A stretch of 32,000 bases of DNA from Candidatus Methylomirabilis limnetica (GTDB taxonomy: Bacteria; Methylomirabilota; Methylomirabilia; Methylomirabilales; Methylomirabilaceae): NCBI RefSeq assembly GCF_003044035.1, contig NZ_NVQC01000016.1, forward strand, positions 120,001-152,000, written 5' to 3'. This document shows positions 7,226 through 15,789 of the stretch, in pieces; position 1 is the first letter of the stretch, and each line of letters opens with the position of its first letter. The position numbers and the translations under genes were made by a program. The notes beneath the pieces were generated by a model that ran no database searches, was not told the origin of the DNA, and was given only the letters and a program-made list of their open reading frames with translations.

Positions 7226-7756
7226 GTGACGGGTGAGCGTGCATATATCGGGATCGGATCCAATCTGGGCGACCGGATTAGGTGCTGCCAGGAGGCGATC
7301 AGGGCCACGTCGGAGATTGCAGGGGTCACGGTGATACGGGTCTCATCGTTCTATGAGACCGCGCCGATGCCTCCAGCCTCTGGTGACTGGTTTGTTAACG
7401 GAGTGATTTCGGTACAGACGCAGCTAAAACCGGAAGCGTTGCTGCTCGAGTTGCGGCGGATCGAACGGAGCATGGGTCGCGCGACGGAGCGAGCGCGAGG
7501 TAGCGATCGGAGCATCGACCTCGACCTGTTGCTTGTGGGTTCACAGATCGTAGAACAGCCCGATCTTACACTTCCCCATCCGCGGCTGCATCAACGGCGT
7601 TTTGTTCTGGCTCCACTCTGCGAACTTGATCCAGATTTTCGCCACCCGGTCTTTGGCGTCACAATGCGGCAGTTGCTCGAACGTCTCAACGATACGTCGC
7701 TCGTCAGGCTGTTGGCGCCGGCGGCAAGGCATACAGGGCCTGGGGAGAATAGCTAG
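7226..7756 (+). CDS. folK: 2-amino-4-hydroxy-6-hydroxymethyldihydropteridine diphosphokinase (HPPK)
   Basis: 176 aa, GTG start. AYIGIGSNLGDR, FYETAP, DLDLLL and LPHPRLHQRRFVLAPL motifs. Confidence 0.92.
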   Translation: MTGERAYIGIGSNLGDRIRCCQEAIRATSEIAGVTVIRVSSFYETAPMPPASGDWFVNGVISVQTQLKPEALLLELRRIERSMGRATERARGSDRSIDLDLLLVGSQIVEQPDLTLPHPRLHQRRFVLAPLCELDPDFRHPVFGVTMRQLLERLNDTSLVRLLAPAARHTGPGENS

Positions 7757-8413
7757 GTGGCAGATCGCGCGTCCAAGCCTCGTTACATCGTGGTCGAAGG
7801 CCCTATCGGCGTCGGTAAGACGAGCCTGGCCGAATTGCTGGCGGAGCGGCTGCAGGCCAGAAAGTCACTGGAAGATCCTGACGAGAACCCATTTATCGCT
7901 CAATTCTATACCGACATGCGTCGGTACGCCTTTCAGGCCCAACTCTATTTCCTGCTGAACAGGTTCCGCCAACAGCAGGAACTTGTCCAGTTCGACCTCT
8001 TCAAGCAGTCCCTGGTGAGTGACTATCTATTTGCCAAGGATAAGATCTTCGCGTATCTGACGCTTGACGACAACGAGTTAGCCCTCTACGAGCGATTGCA
8101 GCCGCTTCTTGAGACGCGCGTCGTCAAGCCTGACCTCGTCCTGTATCTGCAGGCCAGCACTGATGTCCTGGTCCGGAGAATTCAGTCACGGGCGAGGGCT
8201 TCCGAGCGGGAACTGGGACAGGCCTACCTGGAGGACGTAAACGCAGCCTACAACCATTTTTTCTTCCACTACTCAGCGACGCCGCTGCTGGTTGTTAATA
8301 CCGATGAGATTGACTTCGTCAAACACAAAGAGGATTTTGAAGACCTGGTCAAACAGGTCGAAGCGGTGCGGGCTGGCACCCACTACTATGTGTCGCTTGG
8401 ATCCCGTAAGTAG
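7757..8413 (+). CDS. Deoxynucleoside kinase family protein
   Basis: 218 aa. The GTG start directly abuts the folK TAG. P-loop VVEGPIGVGKTS and a dNK-type ERL/DRY-like region. Confidence 0.85.
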   Translation: MADRASKPRYIVVEGPIGVGKTSLAELLAERLQARKSLEDPDENPFIAQFYTDMRRYAFQAQLYFLLNRFRQQQELVQFDLFKQSLVSDYLFAKDKIFAYLTLDDNELALYERLQPLLETRVVKPDLVLYLQASTDVLVRRIQSRARASERELGQAYLEDVNAAYNHFFFHYSATPLLVVNTDEIDFVKHKEDFEDLVKQVEAVRAGTHYYVSLGSRK

Positions 8414-8424
8414 GGACCGATTGC

Positions 8425-8583
8425 AACTACTCAGATATTTAGACTGAAGGCTGAAGGTTGAAGGTTCTAAATTATCTCGCAAGGCACGAATCGAGCCATC
8501 CAAGACCTTTTCGGAGTTTTGTATGATTACGCATGACTTACCACTAAAAGCCTTCAGCCTTCAGCCTATCTACCTGAGTAGTT
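8425..8583. mobile_element. MITE-like non-coding element with 33-bp terminal inverted repeats that contain CTGAAGG heptamers
   Basis: Left TIR 8425-8457 is aactactcagatatttagactgaaggctgaagg. The reverse complement of 8551-8583 is aactactcaggtagataggctgaaggctgaagg (29 of 33 identical). The ~93-bp AT-richer core has no credible ORF. Confidence 0.65.
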
Positions 8584-8593
8584 ACGACCGATC

Positions 8594-9436
8594 ATGACTA
8601 GTCAGACGGTCAGGACGGTCACCCTGCAGGAGATGAAGCGAAAAGGGCGAAAGATTACTATGCTGACGGCGTATGACTACCCGATGGCCCTGCTTGTGGA
8701 TCGCGCCGGGATCGATCTGATTCTGGTAGGTGACTCCGGGGGGATGACCGTTCTGGGGTACGAGACCACAATTCCGGTTACCATGGACGAGATGCTCATG
8801 ATGACCAAGGCGGTCACTCGCGCTGTGAAGCGATCCATGGTGATTGCTGACATGCCGTTCATGTCGTACGAGGCTGAACCAGCAGAGGCGGTCAGAAACG
8901 CCGGGCGGTTCGTGAAGGAGGGTCTGGCTCACGCCGTCAAGGTCGAGCGCGGCTGGCCCTCCCTCCCATGCGTGAGAGCGATCGTGGACGCGGGGATTCC
9001 GGTTATGGGGCACGTCGGGCTTACCCCACAAACGGCCGTACTGCAGGAAGGCTTGAAGGTTCAGGGGCGAGGGCGCGACGACGCACGCCGCATCCTTGAG
9101 GATGCCATGGCGCTTGAAAAGGCGGGAGCTTTTGCGATCGTGCTTGAGGCGATTCCCGGCGTACTCGCCCGGGTGATCACTAAGCGGTTGACTATTCCCA
9201 CCATCGGGATCGGTGCCGGTCCAGATTGCGATGGTCAGGTTCTGGTCATCCATGACCTGCTTGGGCTCTTCGATCGTTTCGTTCCGAAGTTCACGAAGCA
9301 GTACGCTGATCTCGCCAAGGTGATCAGCGATGCGGTGAGCCGCTTCCGGGAAGAGGTGATCGAATGCCGATTTCCTGATGCCGCACACACATACTCGATC
9401 GACCAGGAGACCGAGAGAGCGCTGCTGGATCTGTGA
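8594..9436 (+). CDS. panB: 3-methyl-2-oxobutanoate hydroxymethyltransferase
   Basis: 280 aa. MLTAYDY, LVGDS, TMDEM and KVE motifs typical of PanB. Confidence 0.95.
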   Translation: MTSQTVRTVTLQEMKRKGRKITMLTAYDYPMALLVDRAGIDLILVGDSGGMTVLGYETTIPVTMDEMLMMTKAVTRAVKRSMVIADMPFMSYEAEPAEAVRNAGRFVKEGLAHAVKVERGWPSLPCVRAIVDAGIPVMGHVGLTPQTAVLQEGLKVQGRGRDDARRILEDAMALEKAGAFAIVLEAIPGVLARVITKRLTIPTIGIGAGPDCDGQVLVIHDLLGLFDRFVPKFTKQYADLAKVISDAVSRFREEVIECRFPDAAHTYSIDQETERALLDL

Positions 9437-9545
9437 GAGGTACGAGGTCTCTGGGAGAATGTAGGGGCGCTGCTTGCTGAGCCCGCACGAAGTAAAACCT
9501 GTGTGGGGGCAAGGTTCCGGGAGACTGAAAGAGTGAGGGGGCGCA

Positions 9546-10394
9546 GTGCAGAATATTCATGAGCCGTCTGCGATCGGCCGCCGATGTGAGTCGCTTCGGC
9601 GCGAAGGGAAGACCATTGGACTCGTACCCACGATGGGCGCCTTTCACGAGGGGCACCTGTCGCTCATGCGGAGAGCGCGCGCAGAAAACGATGTCGTCAT
9701 CGTAAGCATCTTCGTCAATCCGATCCAGTTCGCGCGGGGCGAGGATTTCGATAGCTATCCGCGGGATCTGCAGGACGATCTGGCCCAGGCGGAGAGGGCA
9801 GGGGTTGATCTGGTGTTCACGCCGTCCGCAGAGGCGATCTATCCGGATGGCTTCCAGACGTACGTCGACGTGACCGAGATCACCGATGGGTTGTGCGGCG
9901 CTTCCCGTCCTGGGCACTTTCGTGGCGTGACGACGATCGTCACGAAGCTGTTCAATCTTGTCAGGCCGCACCGGGCCTATTTCGGGCAGAAGGACTACCA
10001 GCAATCGGCGGTGGTTCGGCGCCTGGTGGACGACCTCAATTTGGACCTCGAGATCGTCCTCTTACCGACGATCCGGGAGGCTGACGGCCTCGCGATGAGT
10101 TCCCGAAACGTTCGGTTGACGCCTGAGGAGCGACAGGCGGCATGTGTCCTCTATGCGTCCCTCAGGCTCACGGAAGAGCGGGTCGAGGCAGGAGAGCGGA
10201 ACACCAAGCTTCTACTCGATGAGATGCGAACCATGATCGAGACTGAGCCGCTAGCGCGGATCGATTATGTAGCCCTCTGTGATCCTGAGACACTGAAGCC
10301 GCTCGATCAAATCGAAGGCCCCATGCTGGCCGCTATCGCCGTGCGATTCGGTGAGACGCGTCTCATCGACAATCTCCTGATTACGCTTCCCTGA
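9546..10394 (+). CDS. panC: Pantoate--beta-alanine ligase
   Basis: 282 aa, GTG start. VPTMGAFHEGHLSL, FVNPIQF, GHFRGVTT, FGQKDYQQ and MSSRN motifs. Confidence 0.95.
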   Translation: MQNIHEPSAIGRRCESLRREGKTIGLVPTMGAFHEGHLSLMRRARAENDVVIVSIFVNPIQFARGEDFDSYPRDLQDDLAQAERAGVDLVFTPSAEAIYPDGFQTYVDVTEITDGLCGASRPGHFRGVTTIVTKLFNLVRPHRAYFGQKDYQQSAVVRRLVDDLNLDLEIVLLPTIREADGLAMSSRNVRLTPEERQAACVLYASLRLTEERVEAGERNTKLLLDEMRTMIETEPLARIDYVALCDPETLKPLDQIEGPMLAAIAVRFGETRLIDNLLITLP

Positions 10395-10414
10395 CGGTTG
10401 TCCTGCCCGCCCGC

Positions 10415-10561
10415 CAGCCTTTAGCTATCAGCCGTCGGATTTCGGCAACACACCCAAAGGATTCCGCATCACAACTACCTGCTTTCTGGTGATCTCCAGG
10501 TCCAGAACCTGCTCTTCCGCACTTGTCTAGCAAGCGGCTGAAAACCGACCGCTGAAAGCTG
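10415..10561. repeat. Inverted heptamer-array element (CAGCYTT/CAGCSGT/CGGWTTT units) with a ~95-bp core, just upstream of Pmra
   Basis: Left arm is cagcctttagctatcagccgtcggatttcggc. The reverse complement of the right arm (10534-10561) is cagctttcagcggtcggttttcagccgc. Confidence 0.55.
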
Positions 10562-10582
10562 CATCTTGCCTGCATATTTCTC

Positions 10583-10611
10583 TTGACAGGGCCAACGCGC
10601 TTCACTATTGT
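10583..10611 (+). promoter_or_regulatory. Pmra-like sigma70 promoter: TTGACA, 17 nt, TATTGT
   Basis: TTGACA at 10583-10588 and TATTGT at 10606-10611 with exactly 17-nt spacing, 67 nt upstream of the mraZ ATG. Confidence 0.7.
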
Positions 10612-10621
10612 ATGCGACATG

Positions 10622-10646
10622 GTGGGATGAAGTGGGATATAGTGGT
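10622..10646 (+). promoter_or_regulatory. MraZ operator: three direct GTGGG/GTGGT boxes with 10-bp phasing
   Basis: GTGGG 10622-10626, GTGGG 10632-10636 and GTGGT 10642-10646, each followed by A and a 4-nt spacer, just downstream of the -10. This matches the GTGGG-N5 triple repeat described for E. coli MraZ. Confidence 0.75.
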
Positions 10647-10677
10647 ATAAAGCGCCATAGAAAAGCGGTGTGAGCCC

Positions 10678-11127
10678 ATGTTTCGCGGAAGCTTCGAACA
10701 CGCCATTGACGACAAAGGGCGGCTCAGCATCCCGGCCAGATATCGCGAGATTCTCAAGCGACGACGAGAGCGTGAGCTTGTCCTGGTCGATCTCCTCTTT
10801 GACGCCTGCATCGCAGCCTACCCGATCAAAACCTGGCAGCAGATCGAGCAGAATCTCCTGAGTAAGGGAAACTCGGATAAAAAGTTCCGGGAATACGCTC
10901 GCCTCATCTCGGCCCGTGCGGTCGAGTCGACTGTTGACAGCCAGGGGCGAATTCTGATTCCTCCGCAACTCAGAGAAAAGGCGGATCTGCGCCGGGATGT
11001 AGTGATTGTTGGGGTATTGGACAAGATCGAAATCTGGAATAGAGATCGCTGGGCGTCCTTTTGCGCGCAGGAGCGGGACCCTGAGGATTACGCGAGCAAG
11101 CTGGCGGAACTCGGGATCCGGGTATAG
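10678..11127 (+). CDS. mraZ: Transcriptional regulator MraZ
   Basis: 149 aa. MFRGSFEHAIDDKGRLSIPARYR plus a second SpoVT/AbrB-like repeat (DSQGRILIPPQLR). Confidence 0.96.
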   Translation: MFRGSFEHAIDDKGRLSIPARYREILKRRRERELVLVDLLFDACIAAYPIKTWQQIEQNLLSKGNSDKKFREYARLISARAVESTVDSQGRILIPPQLREKADLRRDVVIVGVLDKIEIWNRDRWASFCAQERDPEDYASKLAELGIRV

Positions 11128-11183
11128 GTGCAAAGGCCTGCCCCCGCGGGTGCGGGGGGTTCGGGGTACAGGGTGCAGGGTAT
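11119..11183. repeat. Composite element: GGGTATAGG unit (holds the mraZ stop), half REP hairpin, and four GGGGTNN/AGGGTNN heptamers (hold the rsmH ATG)
   Basis: gggtatagg at 11119-11127. Hairpin cccccgc 11141-11147 / gcggggg 11152-11158. ggggttc ggggtac agggtgc agggtat at 11156-11183. Confidence 0.75.
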
Positions 11184-12099
11184 GGGGGCTGGCGTGGCCA
11201 TTGGGGAACTGCACGTCCCGGTCTTACTTACTGAGACGTTGGATGCCCTGCGGCCGCATGCTGGTGGTCGCTACCTGGATGCGACCGTGGGATTGGGAGG
11301 ACACGCGGAAGCCCTCCTGATCGAGAGTGCGCCGACTGGTCATCTATACGGGCTTGATCGTGATGCCGAGACCTTGGTCTTGGCCAAGGAGCGCCTCAGG
11401 CAGTTCGGAGATCGAGTCGAGTTGTTCCAGGGTGACTTCGCCATGCTGGGTGCCATCGCCGCCGAGAATGGATGGGGCCCTTTCGATGGCATCTTGTTTG
11501 ATCTGGGCTTTTCATCCTTTCAACTTGACGATGCCTCCAGAGGATTCAGCTTCATGAGGGACGGGCCACTGGATATGCGGATGGATCGTCATGGAGATGG
11601 GATATCAGCGGCAGAGCTGCTGGCCAAGCTCTCGGAGCGCGAAATCGAGAGGGTCCTGCAGGACTACAGCGAGGAGCGTTGGGCGAGGCGGATAGCGGCG
11701 CGGATCGTCCAAGACCGGCGGGAGCAGCCACTGACCTCCACCGCTCAACTCGCGCGTCTGGTGGCTGCGGCGGTACCAAGGCGTGCCTGGCCGCGCCGGA
11801 TCCATGTCGCGACACGAACCTTCCAGGCGTTACGTATTGCCGTGAACGATGAGTTGGCCGGGCTTCGCCGTGGCCTGCAGGATGCCATCGGGCTGCTCGC
11901 TACTGGAGGAAGGATCTGTATCATCAGTTTTCATTCGCTCGAGGATCGGATTGTGAAGGAAACGTTTCGGGGGTGGGCGCGTTCGGATCCGCCGCGCGTC
12001 CATCTTCTAACCAAACGGCCGGTTATCGCAACGGAGCGGGAGATTGAAGTCAATCTTCGTGCCCGCAGCGCAAAGCTTCGGGCTGCGGAACGGTGCTAG
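11182..12099 (+). CDS. rsmH: 16S rRNA (cytosine1402-N4)-methyltransferase
   Basis: HVPVLL, DATVGLGGH, DLGFSSFQLD, GFSFMRDGPLDMRM and SFHSLEDR motifs. Start set at ATG 11182: the 18 codons from GTG 11128 only translate the repeat element. Confidence 0.92.
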   Translation: MGAGVAIGELHVPVLLTETLDALRPHAGGRYLDATVGLGGHAEALLIESAPTGHLYGLDRDAETLVLAKERLRQFGDRVELFQGDFAMLGAIAAENGWGPFDGILFDLGFSSFQLDDASRGFSFMRDGPLDMRMDRHGDGISAAELLAKLSEREIERVLQDYSEERWARRIAARIVQDRREQPLTSTAQLARLVAAAVPRRAWPRRIHVATRTFQALRIAVNDELAGLRRGLQDAIGLLATGGRICIISFHSLEDRIVKETFRGWARSDPPRVHLLTKRPVIATEREIEVNLRARSAKLRAAERC

Positions 12100-12112
12100 A
12101 GGAGGGGATGAG

Positions 12113-12463
12113 GTGAGAGAGCAAGGTATCGCCGCGTTGACGTCGGTTGGACGAGATCGGGTGGGCAGTTTACTGAAACCGCGGGTTGATCAGATTCGAG
12201 GGTTCGATCAGCTCCCGTCGCTGCTGTTAGGTAGTCTCGTCCTTTTCGGGGTCCTGTGTTACGTGTGGCAGCCTATTCAGGTAGTTCGACTCGGGTACCA
12301 GGTAGAAGGCCTCGCGGGGGAGCGCGCTGACCTCATTCGACAGCAGAAAGAGCTGCGTCTTGAGGTCGCCAGGCTCAAGTCGCTCCGCCGCGTGGAGGAG
12401 ATCGCCCGCGGTCAGCTTGGACTCATTAGCCCTAAGCCAGGTCAAGTGATCGTACTCGAGTAG
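12113..12463 (+). CDS. ftsL: Cell division protein FtsL
   Basis: ~116 aa from GTG 12113 (GGAGGGGA SD at 12101-12108). One TM helix (LPSLLLGSLVLFGVLCYVW) followed by a coiled-coil/leucine-rich segment. Sits in the canonical slot between rsmH and ftsI. Confidence 0.8.
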   Translation: MREQGIAALTSVGRDRVGSLLKPRVDQIRGFDQLPSLLLGSLVLFGVLCYVWQPIQVVRLGYQVEGLAGERADLIRQQKELRLEVARLKSLRRVEEIARGQLGLISPKPGQVIVLE

Positions 12464-12480
12464 TCTTTGGAAGATGTGGT

Positions 12481-14274
12481 ATGCCGATGCAGCGTCGTAC
12501 TCGCGAGAGATCGTCCAAAAAAGGAGAGGCCACGCCCGCGCCAGCGAAGCTCGGCCGGTTACGGCGTCGCGTGATCGTGCTGTTCTGCTCGCTTGCTGCA
12601 GCCCTCACGATCATTTCCGGCCGGCTCTTTTCTCTCCAGGTGTATCAATACGCGGATCTCGTAGAGGCCGCCAAGCGGCAGTCCTCGGACCGGATTTCAT
12701 CGGTCTCCAGGCGCGGAACGATTTACGATCGTAATGGTCGGGATCTGGCCATTAGCATTGGGGCTTCCTCAATTGGCGCTCGGCCGTCCCAAGTGGTGAA
12801 CCCGAAACGTGCCGCCGCAGCCCTGTCTGCCGCGCTCAGCCTACCTGCCGAGAAGATCCTTGAGCGACTCCAAACGGAGAAGCCGTTTGTCTGGATCAAG
12901 CGATCAGTCTCCACGGAGGAAGCGCAGGCTGTTGCGCGTCTCATGCTGAAGGGGATCGAATCTGACACGGAGAGTAAGCGATTTTATCCAAAACAGCAAC
13001 AGGCGGCCCACCTGTTGGGGTTTGTAGGGACAGACGATCGCGGGCTGGAAGGACTTGAGCTGCAGTACGATACCTACCTGGCCGGTAAGCGTAAGTGGCT
13101 TGCACAACAACAGGATGCCAGGCGTCGACCGATCTTCAGAGAGGAAGCAGGTGAGGCGCAGGGTTCAGATCTACACCTGACGATTGATGAGGTGGTCCAG
13201 TATATCACTGAGCGGGAGCTGGAAGCCGCGGTGACCAAATCCGGCGCCCTCAGTGGCAGTGCCATTGTGATGGATCCTTTCAGCGGCGAAATCCTAGCAC
13301 TTGCCAACTACCCCACGTTTGATCCCAATGCGTATACTGAGGCGGTGGCTTTCGCTCGCCGGAATCGGGCGGTGGTGGATTACTATGCGCCGGGGTCGGC
13401 CTTTAAGGCCATCGTGGGCGCCGGCGCCCTGGAGGAGAAACTCGTGCGACCCGAAGATCAGTTCGACGGAGATGGAGGCGCCATCACGGTGGGCGGGGTC
13501 ACCATTCGGGATCATGAACGGTTTGGGATCATGACATTTTCTGAGGTACTGGCTCACTCGAGCAATGTGGGGGCTATCAAGGTCGGCATGCGGCTGGGCA
13601 AGAGCCTCTACTACAATTACATCAGCGGATTCGGATTTGGAAATCTCACCAATATCGATCTGCCAGGAGAAACGCCAGGCTTGGTCCGGCGTCCGAAGGA
13701 GTGGTCGGCCCTCTCGCTCGCCTCGCTCTCCATTGGGATGGAGATCTCCGTGAGTCCCCTGCAAATGCTGGTGGCGATGAGCGCGATTGCGAACGGTGGC
13801 ATCCTGGTTCGTCCCTACGTGGCGAAGTCAATCGTCGCGGCGGATGGCAAAGTTATCGTCGAGAACGCGCCCGTGCAGGTCAGGCGAGTGATCTCGGAAG
13901 CCACATCGAGAACCCTCGCGACTGTCCTCAAAGGGGTGGTAACGGAAGGGACGGGAAAGGAAGCGGCCGTAGAGGGATTCGATGTAGCAGGGAAGACCGG
14001 GACCTCTCAGAAGCTGGAACCAGCCACCGGTCGTTACTCTCAGCATAAGGTGGTGGCGTCATTTGTCGGGTTTGTCCCGGTCGAGCAACCTCGGCTGGCT
14101 ATCATCGTGATCATCGACGATCCGAGCACGCTCCGTTGGGGTGGATCGATTGCAGCGCCGACGTTCCGGGAGATCGCTCGTGATTCCCTGAAACATCTCG
14201 GGATTACTCCGGGCACCCGAGAGCGGCTCCGGGTGGCAGAAGGGATTCGCAGTGCAACTTTTCGCCTTAATTGA
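12481..14274 (+). CDS. ftsI: Peptidoglycan D,D-transpeptidase FtsI (class B PBP)
   Basis: 597 aa. N-terminal TM anchor, PBP dimerisation region, and SAFK (SxxK), SSN and KTGT active-site motifs. Confidence 0.95.
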   Translation: MPMQRRTRERSSKKGEATPAPAKLGRLRRRVIVLFCSLAAALTIISGRLFSLQVYQYADLVEAAKRQSSDRISSVSRRGTIYDRNGRDLAISIGASSIGARPSQVVNPKRAAAALSAALSLPAEKILERLQTEKPFVWIKRSVSTEEAQAVARLMLKGIESDTESKRFYPKQQQAAHLLGFVGTDDRGLEGLELQYDTYLAGKRKWLAQQQDARRRPIFREEAGEAQGSDLHLTIDEVVQYITERELEAAVTKSGALSGSAIVMDPFSGEILALANYPTFDPNAYTEAVAFARRNRAVVDYYAPGSAFKAIVGAGALEEKLVRPEDQFDGDGGAITVGGVTIRDHERFGIMTFSEVLAHSSNVGAIKVGMRLGKSLYYNYISGFGFGNLTNIDLPGETPGLVRRPKEWSALSLASLSIGMEISVSPLQMLVAMSAIANGGILVRPYVAKSIVAADGKVIVENAPVQVRRVISEATSRTLATVLKGVVTEGTGKEAAVEGFDVAGKTGTSQKLEPATGRYSQHKVVASFVGFVPVEQPRLAIIVIIDDPSTLRWGGSIAAPTFREIARDSLKHLGITPGTRERLRVAEGIRSATFRLN

Positions 14275-15766
14275 GGGGACCGAGTACCAGGTTCTCCACG
14301 GGTCTGTCGATGTAGAGGTCCATGATGTCCGATACGATTCCAGACATGTGAGACCCGGGGATCTATTCGTGTGCATCAGTGGGTTCAGGCGGGATGGCCA
14401 CGACTTCCTCCAAGCCGCATGGGCCGCGGGTGCCGTTGCAGCCCTGGTGGAGCGAAGCGACCTGCCGGAGGGTGCACTACGGGGTGGGACGGTGGTAAGG
14501 GTAGCCAATGCCCGGCAGAGCCTTGCCATGGTCGCGTGTCGATTCTATGGTCATCCCTCGCATAAGCTCGCCATGGTGGGGGTGACAGGGACTAACGGCA
14601 AGACGACCACCACCTACCTGATCGAGTCGGTGCTGCGACGCGCAGGACATCAGGTCGGGCTGATCGGGACTATCGGGTATCGCTGCAACGGGGTAGAGAT
14701 AGAGGCGGCGCGGACGACACCGGAGTCCTACGATCTGCAAGCGCTTCTCAATCGGATGGCGCATCTGGGCACTGACAGCGTCGTCATGGAGGTCTCGTCC
14801 CACGCCCTGGCCCTGCATCGCGTTGATGACTGCGAGTTTGACGTGGCCGTGTTCACGAATCTGACACAGGACCACCTGGACTTTCATGGCACCATGGAGG
14901 CGTACCGAAGCGCAAAGCTTTCTCTGTTTGAGGGGCTAGGTGTCGGGTCAACGAAAGCGACGGAAAAGGCGGCGGTCATCAATATGGATGATCCGGCTGC
15001 TGACCTCTTTCTCGGGGCGACGCGTGTGAGACGCTACACCTACAGCGTGCAACGGCCGGCGGACCTGTCGGCCACCGATATCGATATGGGACCGGATGGA
15101 GTTCGGTGCCAACTGCACACCCCGTGGGGGACGACGGCGATTCACTCTCCGTTACTGGGGGGCTATAACCTGTCCAACATCCTGGCAGCCGCTGCTACAG
15201 GGTTACATCTCGGCGTGGATCTGTCAGCGGTGGCAGACGGGATTGCCGCACTCCACCACGTCCCGGGTCGGTGTGAGCGAGTAGAGGGGGGACAGGAGTT
15301 CAGGGTGATCGTCGATTATGCGCACACCCCTGACGCCCTGCGACGCGTCCTTCATATGGCACGGCAGTGCTGTCCGGGACGCCTGATTGTCCTGTTCGGG
15401 TGCGGGGGAGATCGAGATCGGGGGAAGCGTCAAATTATGGGAGAAGCGGCTCTGCAGTTAGCCGACTTTACTGTGATCACCTCCGACAATCCCCGCAGTG
15501 AGGACCCTCATCAGATCATCGAGGAGGTCGAGGCTGGGGCGAAAAAGGTATGGGGTCAGGGAAAGGGCTATGTTACAATTTTAGACCGGGCAATGGCCAT
15601 TCGTGAGGCTCTCTCGCTGGCGGGACAAGGTGACATGGTGGTGATCGCGGGGAAAGGGCATGAGGCCTATCAGATTCTTCACGATCGCACGATTCCCTTT
15701 GATGACCGACAGGTGGTCAGAGAGGCGCTTCGCGAGCTGGGGTTCAACCGTGAAGACAGGGTATAG
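14252..15766 (+). CDS. murE: UDP-N-acetylmuramoyl-L-alanyl-D-glutamate--2,6-diaminopimelate ligase
   Basis: 504 aa. GVTGTNGKTTT P-loop and the DNPR motif (TSDNPRSEDP) characteristic of meso-DAP-adding MurE. Overlaps the ftsI end by 23 nt. Confidence 0.95.
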   Translation: MQLFALIEGTEYQVLHGSVDVEVHDVRYDSRHVRPGDLFVCISGFRRDGHDFLQAAWAAGAVAALVERSDLPEGALRGGTVVRVANARQSLAMVACRFYGHPSHKLAMVGVTGTNGKTTTTYLIESVLRRAGHQVGLIGTIGYRCNGVEIEAARTTPESYDLQALLNRMAHLGTDSVVMEVSSHALALHRVDDCEFDVAVFTNLTQDHLDFHGTMEAYRSAKLSLFEGLGVGSTKATEKAAVINMDDPAADLFLGATRVRRYTYSVQRPADLSATDIDMGPDGVRCQLHTPWGTTAIHSPLLGGYNLSNILAAAATGLHLGVDLSAVADGIAALHHVPGRCERVEGGQEFRVIVDYAHTPDALRRVLHMARQCCPGRLIVLFGCGGDRDRGKRQIMGEAALQLADFTVITSDNPRSEDPHQIIEEVEAGAKKVWGQGKGYVTILDRAMAIREALSLAGQGDMVVIAGKGHEAYQILHDRTIPFDDRQVVREALRELGFNREDRV

Positions 15767-15778
15767 GGTGAAGGGTAT
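15758..15778. repeat. AGGGTAT-family heptamer array (3 units) containing the murE stop
   Basis: agggtat agggtga agggtat. The TAG at 15764-15766 spans the junction of units 1 and 2. Confidence 0.85.
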
Positions 15779-15789
15779 TTGGTGGTGGT

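Noticed and set aside
11128-11181. N-terminal extensions given by the longest-ORF calls: rsmH from 11128, ftsL from 12044, murD from 20779, murC from 24477, murB from 25937, ftsZ from 29075
   Set aside because: The extra codons only translate heptamer or REP repeats, or overlap the upstream gene. Conserved family N-termini begin at the internal starts (11182, 12113, 20854/20842, 24549, 26012/26027, 29081).
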